Assembly (NCBI GenBank): GCA_001995005.1
Contig: MDJN01000171.1
Span: forward strand, 1 to 52,664
Direction of reading: 5' to 3'
Length of the DNA stretch: 52,664 nt
Source: Candidatus Parepulonipiscium sp. PG-Nun2H_MBin03
GTDB taxonomy: Bacteria; Bacillota; Clostridia; Lachnospirales; Cellulosilyticaceae
Shown: piece by piece, positions 48,871 to 52,664 of the stretch
How the letters are laid out: each line of letters begins with the position of its first letter
Position numbering within the stretch: the stretch's first letter is position 1
Translations under genes and position numbers: made by a program
The notes under the pieces: model-generated
Seen by the model: the letters and a program-made list of their open reading frames with translations, nothing else
Databases searched by the model: none
What the model was told of the DNA's origin: nothing

Positions 48871-49893
48871 TTAGTTAAATCCTGTACTAGGCTTTGTACC
48901 TACAGCTATATTTGCTATAGCATTAAGTCTCATATTACTAGTTATACTCTCCTTATACTGATAATATCCCTGCACACCTATCATAGCCGCATTATCTGTA
49001 CAATACTTAAGACTTGGATAATACAATGTTAGACCATTTTCTTCTGCTAGTTCTTTCATTTGCATTCTTAATGTGCTATTTGCTGCCACTCCACCCGCTA
49101 TGGCTATATTTTTTATATTATGTTCTGTAGCATATTTTATAGTTTTATGCGTTAATATATCCACAACAGTTTTTTGAAAACTTGCTGCTACATCTGCGTT
49201 ATTTATAGTCTGCTGTTTCATAGTTGCTGAATTTACATAATTTAGCACAGCTGATTTTATTCCACTAAAACTAAAATCATATCCTGTGTTTATCATAGCT
49301 TTAGGAAATTGTATGCTATTTGGATCTCCCAATTTTGCGAGTTCATCTACTTTTGGCCCACCTGGGTATTTTAGCCCAATAGTTCTAGCCACTTTATCAT
49401 ATGCCTCTCCTACTGCATCATCTTTGGTTTTGCCTACTATATCAAATTCTGTGTAACTTAGTACATTTACAAGATGCGTATGCCCTCCTGATACTACTAG
49501 GCATAAAAATGGTGGTTCCAAAGTCGGATGTTCTAAATAATTTGCTGCTATATGTCCTTCTATATGATGTACTCCAACCAAAGGTTTGTCTGCCATAAAT
49601 GCTATGGCCTTTGCAGCAGATAGCCCAACTAATAACGCTCCAACCAGACCAGGGCCATATGTTACTGCTATAATATCTATGTCATTAAGTTTTATATTTG
49701 CAGTCTGCAACGCTTCTTTAATGCAATAATTTATTTTTTCTATATGCATCCTTGATGCTATCTCCGGCACTACTCCGCCGAAGATTTTATGTTTTTCAAT
49801 TTGTGTATCTATTATGTTTGACAAAACTTCTCTGCCATTTACTATGGCAACAGAAGTTTCATCACAAGATGTCTCAATCGCTAACACCTTCAT
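48871..49893 (-). CDS. tsaD: tRNA threonylcarbamoyltransferase
   Basis: IETSCDET, GGVVPEIASR, HHIEGH, VSGGHT, TDNAAMI. Confidence 0.97.
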   Translation of the reverse strand: MKVLAIETSCDETSVAIVNGREVLSNIIDTQIEKHKIFGGVVPEIASRMHIEKINYCIKEALQTANIKLNDIDIIAVTYGPGLVGALLVGLSAAKAIAFMADKPLVGVHHIEGHIAANYLEHPTLEPPFLCLVVSGGHTHLVNVLSYTEFDIVGKTKDDAVGEAYDKVARTIGLKYPGGPKVDELAKLGDPNSIQFPKAMINTGYDFSFSGIKSAVLNYVNSATMKQQTINNADVAASFQKTVVDILTHKTIKYATEHNIKNIAIAGGVAANSTLRMQMKELAEENGLTLYYPSLKYCTDNAAMIGVQGYYQYKESITSNMRLNAIANIAVGTKPSTGFN

Positions 49894-50425
49894 TTGCGCT
49901 CTCCTTATCTCTTAGGTTATATATAACCCATTTACCATCTTGCTGTATAAGTGTATATTCTTTCTCAATTGATTGATGAATTAAAGTATGTGTTACTGTA
50001 ATAACTACTGTATTATTTTGTTGATATACAACTTTATCAATTGTACTTCCTATTATATAATTTCCTTTATCTTGATATAGCTCCACTTCTTCTAATACAT
50101 TATCTATTTGTTCTTCTATAGGATTTAGATTAATCAACTCCTCGGCATATAACAGTCTTAGCAGATGCACACTTTCTATTATACTATCCGGCTTTGCTAC
50201 TTCTGAATATATATGTCTAAAAATTTCGCTATAAATATTTACAACTTCTTCTGGGCTATCTGGATAATTATTTATTAATTGCTCTTCAATCTCATCTCTT
50301 GCAGTTAAGCTATATAGATATTTTTTTTCATTACTTTCATCTATGTCTGCAAACTTAGCTCTTATAGAAAAAGTATATATAACTACAACTGCTATCATAA
50401 TTACTATTCCTATTATTTTTCCCAT
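49874..50425 (-). CDS. Membrane-anchored hypothetical protein (DUF6715-like)
   Basis: N-terminal TM, YPDSPEEVV, LYAEELINLNP, DGKWVI. Confidence 0.7.
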   Translation of the reverse strand: MGKIIGIVIMIAVVVIYTFSIRAKFADIDESNEKKYLYSLTARDEIEEQLINNYPDSPEEVVNIYSEIFRHIYSEVAKPDSIIESVHLLRLLYAEELINLNPIEEQIDNVLEEVELYQDKGNYIIGSTIDKVVYQQNNTVVITVTHTLIHQSIEKEYTLIQQDGKWVIYNLRDKESANEGVSD

Positions 50426-50445
50426 AAAAACCCCTTTCTTAATAA

Positions 50446-51372
50446 TTAACTTTCTAATTCTTTAACCTTTGCATTAATTGCTGGTGCATCTAAATTTATT
50501 CCCAGTACATTTAAAATAGGATGCTTATATTTACCTAGTTTTATTTCTTTACAATTATGTGTATAGTTGATGCTATAAAGCTCGCCGTCTACACTTGCAA
50601 ATCCTTTTATTCTTAAAATATCTTGATTATTTAACAAGTAATCAATCATGGCTAGCATATTATCATAGTTACTAAATCTTGCTAGAAAAAAGTGATTTTC
50701 TACTATATTAATGTGACATTCATTAACCAGCTCATGTTCTGTATTAGTTTGACCAATGCTTGATAATGTCTCTAAATCTTCATCGGTAATATCTGCCCAG
50801 TTTTTTGTATATACATTAATTTTAGATAGATCAAATTTATCATTTCTCGCCATAGTAAATTCAGTAAATTGTAATAAAACTTTATCAATTTCTTCTTCAG
50901 AATATGATTGGGTATCACTAACAAGTATAGCACCTGTGGATAAAAAGTGTGATAAAAATATATGTTCATACTGCGGCATACTGCTAAATTTCATAAAATC
51001 AGGCTTAACTATAGTAATTATTCCATTTAATGTGCAATGCTCATTTATATACTCATGTTCAAACAACGAAAAGAACGTGTCCAAATTATATATACCAGAT
51101 GGCTCTATTATCACTCTGTCAAAGTTTTGCCTAGACGCTTCACAAATATACTCTATTAGCTTAGCTTTTTGCGTACAACAAACACATCCTCCAGCTATCT
51201 CCACTACTGATAATTCTTCTGCTCTTAATAGTGCCCCGTCTATGCCTGCCATGCCAAACTCATTTTCTATAATTAAAATTTTCTCATCTTTTACGCTTAA
51301 ATACTTTACGTACTTTGAAATAAACGTAGTTTTACCTGCCCCTAAAAAACCTGTTACAATATCAATTTTCAT
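50446..51372 (-). CDS. CobW/COG0523 family metallochaperone GTPase
   Basis: GFLGAGKTT, ENEFG, GCVCC, IEPSG, ILRIKG. Confidence 0.9.
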   Translation of the reverse strand: MKIDIVTGFLGAGKTTFISKYVKYLSVKDEKILIIENEFGMAGIDGALLRAEELSVVEIAGGCVCCTQKAKLIEYICEASRQNFDRVIIEPSGIYNLDTFFSLFEHEYINEHCTLNGIITIVKPDFMKFSSMPQYEHIFLSHFLSTGAILVSDTQSYSEEEIDKVLLQFTEFTMARNDKFDLSKINVYTKNWADITDEDLETLSSIGQTNTEHELVNECHINIVENHFFLARFSNYDNMLAMIDYLLNNQDILRIKGFASVDGELYSINYTHNCKEIKLGKYKHPILNVLGINLDAPAINAKVKELES

Positions 51373-51401
51373 AAAAATCCCCCATCTTGTGTTTTATTTT
51401 T

Positions 51402-51430
51402 ATTATATCATAAAATGGTAATTTTTTCTA
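51402..51430 (-). promoter_or_regulatory. sigma-A promoter of the CobW gene
   Basis: TAGAAA-17-TATAAT with extended TG. Confidence 0.55.
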
Positions 51431-51457
51431 TATATTTTTCTGCGTGTCTACGTTAAT

Positions 51458-52366
51458 CTAATCTTTAAATGTTAGAGTGCACACCTTTCTATCTATACCT
51501 AACTCACTATTTTCAAATATCTCTTTCACTTGTGTTATATCTAATTTATTATTAGGCAGTGCTGGGCTATAATGAGTTAACCATAGTTTATCTACTTTAG
51601 CTATCTTTGCCATCTTAGCAGCTTCTACTCCTAACATATGCTTATATTTTTTCACTTGGTCTATGTTTTCTTTTTCCATATACATACCTTCGCATATAAA
51701 TAAGTCCGACTCATAAATTCCTTTTACAATATCTTCAGTTGGTCTAGTGTCTGTCACATAACTTACTTTAAATCCTTTTCTACTCTCGCCTAATACCATA
51801 TCTGGCGTATATTTTTTGCCTTCTATTTGCACAATCTCACCATTTTGCAAATATTTATACGCTTGTTGTGGTACTTTATTTAAAATTGCTTTTTCCACAA
51901 TAAATTTCGGGCTTCGCTTTATCTCTATAGTATATCCAAAACACGGAACCTTGTGGTTTAACACTATAGTATTTATAACATAATCTCCTAATTGTATTGT
52001 ATTAGATTTCATCGGCAATTCCACTAATTCTATATTAAATGGTACGTCATGGCATATTACCATAAGTCCATCAAAAACTTTTTTCAACCCTGGTGGTCCC
52101 ACTATTTTTAATGTTTCTGTTCTACCTGAGTTTCCAATAGTCAAAATCAACCCTGGTAGCCCCGTTATATGGTCACCATGAAAATGGGTTATGCAAATTA
52201 TATCTATACTTTTGTATCCCCAACCTAATATTTTCATCGTAACTTGTGTTCCCTCACCGCAATCAATTAATAACTTCGACCCATTATATCTGGCAAGCAT
52301 TGCAGTTAAGTATCTTTCGGGCAACGGCATCATCCCACCTGTACCCAGCAAACAAATATCTAACAT
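51458..52366 (-). CDS. rnz: Ribonuclease Z
   Basis: LGTGG, IDCGEGTQ, THFHGDH, DTRP, LTHYSP. Confidence 0.95.
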   Translation of the reverse strand: MLDICLLGTGGMMPLPERYLTAMLARYNGSKLLIDCGEGTQVTMKILGWGYKSIDIICITHFHGDHITGLPGLILTIGNSGRTETLKIVGPPGLKKVFDGLMVICHDVPFNIELVELPMKSNTIQLGDYVINTIVLNHKVPCFGYTIEIKRSPKFIVEKAILNKVPQQAYKYLQNGEIVQIEGKKYTPDMVLGESRKGFKVSYVTDTRPTEDIVKGIYESDLFICEGMYMEKENIDQVKKYKHMLGVEAAKMAKIAKVDKLWLTHYSPALPNNKLDITQVKEIFENSELGIDRKVCTLTFKD

Positions 52367-52400
52367 ATCTTTTGTATCCTTTCAACTTATAAACATAAAA

Positions 52401-52422
52401 TGGGTGCATGGATACGCACCCA
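52401..52422 (-). other. GC-rich hairpin in the rnz leader
   Basis: TGGGTGCG-TATCCA-TGCACCCA followed by TTTTATGTTT. Confidence 0.6.
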
Positions 52423-52433
52423 AACTTATATCT

Positions 52434-52461
52434 ATTATACCATTTATTGGATATCTATCAA
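52434..52461 (-). promoter_or_regulatory. sigma-A promoter of rnz
   Basis: TTGATA-16-TATAAT with extended TG. Confidence 0.65.
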
Positions 52462-52469
52462 GGGTTATT

Positions 52470-52664
52470 CTACACTCCGCACCCTAAATAGAAGGTAAAA
52501 AACAGTGAAAAAATCATTGCTACTACAAGGAGCATTCGTCCTATACGCAATAGGCGGCTCTTCCTGCGTTTCCAACTATAGCAGTAAAATATTAGTAACA
52601 TAGGAAAAACCACATACACATTTAGCCATTTTAGTACATCAGTATGTTCCCACCATCTGCCTAA
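52470..52664 (-). CDS. 3' end of a membrane protein truncated by the window edge
   Basis: Open frame from the window end: LGRWWEHTDVLKWLNVYVVFPMLLIFYCYSWKRRKSRLLRIGRMLLVVAMIFSLFFTFYLGCGV*. Confidence 0.65.
   Translation of the reverse strand, partial: LGRWWEHTDVLKWLNVYVVFPMLLIFYCYSWKRRKSRLLRIGRMLLVVAMIFSLFFTFYLGCGV

Noticed and set aside
1708-52487. Many 60-220 aa ORFs antisense to or nested in recognised genes (e.g. 5022-5525, 8501-8917, 18862-19353, 50756-51421, 52191-52487)
   Set aside because: Shadow frames of well-supported genes, mostly Ser/Ile/Phe-rich, with no recognisable motifs
1-52664. CRISPR arrays, rRNA/tRNA genes, transposases, integrases, prophage genes
   Set aside because: No regularly spaced repeats; intergenic gaps are short with no tRNA-like structure; no ORF has such motifs

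Overview
A low-GC (visibly AT-rich) Clostridia-type chromosome segment, probably Lachnospirales (inference from gene content and order, not verified). It is densely coding, mostly on the minus strand, and made largely of housekeeping genes: apbE; serC-serA-DUF1015; ilvN-rho; rpmE; DUF1385-prmC-prfA; gldA; a LonC-type protease; an MCP; FtsA-like/trmR/U32; rny; an aminotransferase; an Fe-ADH; cinA-recA-recX; an HlyD-like-yggS-sepF-ylmH-divIVA-lspA-rluD division cluster; pstB-phoU; hom-thrC; hfq; a VanW cluster; tsaD-ispD-ecsC-addB-addA; a CobW GTPase; and rnz. I saw no rRNA, tRNA, CRISPR array, transposase or prophage. The best candidates for undescribed biology are: (1) an actin-fold FtsA-like ATPase fused to repeated ThiS/ubiquitin-like segments, heading a tRNA-U34 modification operon; (2) a TTAACTTAA-centred palindrome/hairpin at a similar position in three unrelated gene leaders; (3) a chemoreceptor with a CZB zinc domain between its two membrane helices; (4) a stand-alone small HNH nuclease; (5) small orphan genes with sporulation-sigma-like promoters, including a 55-aa ORF missing from the ORF track; (6) a near-consensus antisense sigma-A promoter divergent from hfq. 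All calls come from reading motifs by eye; no searches were run.
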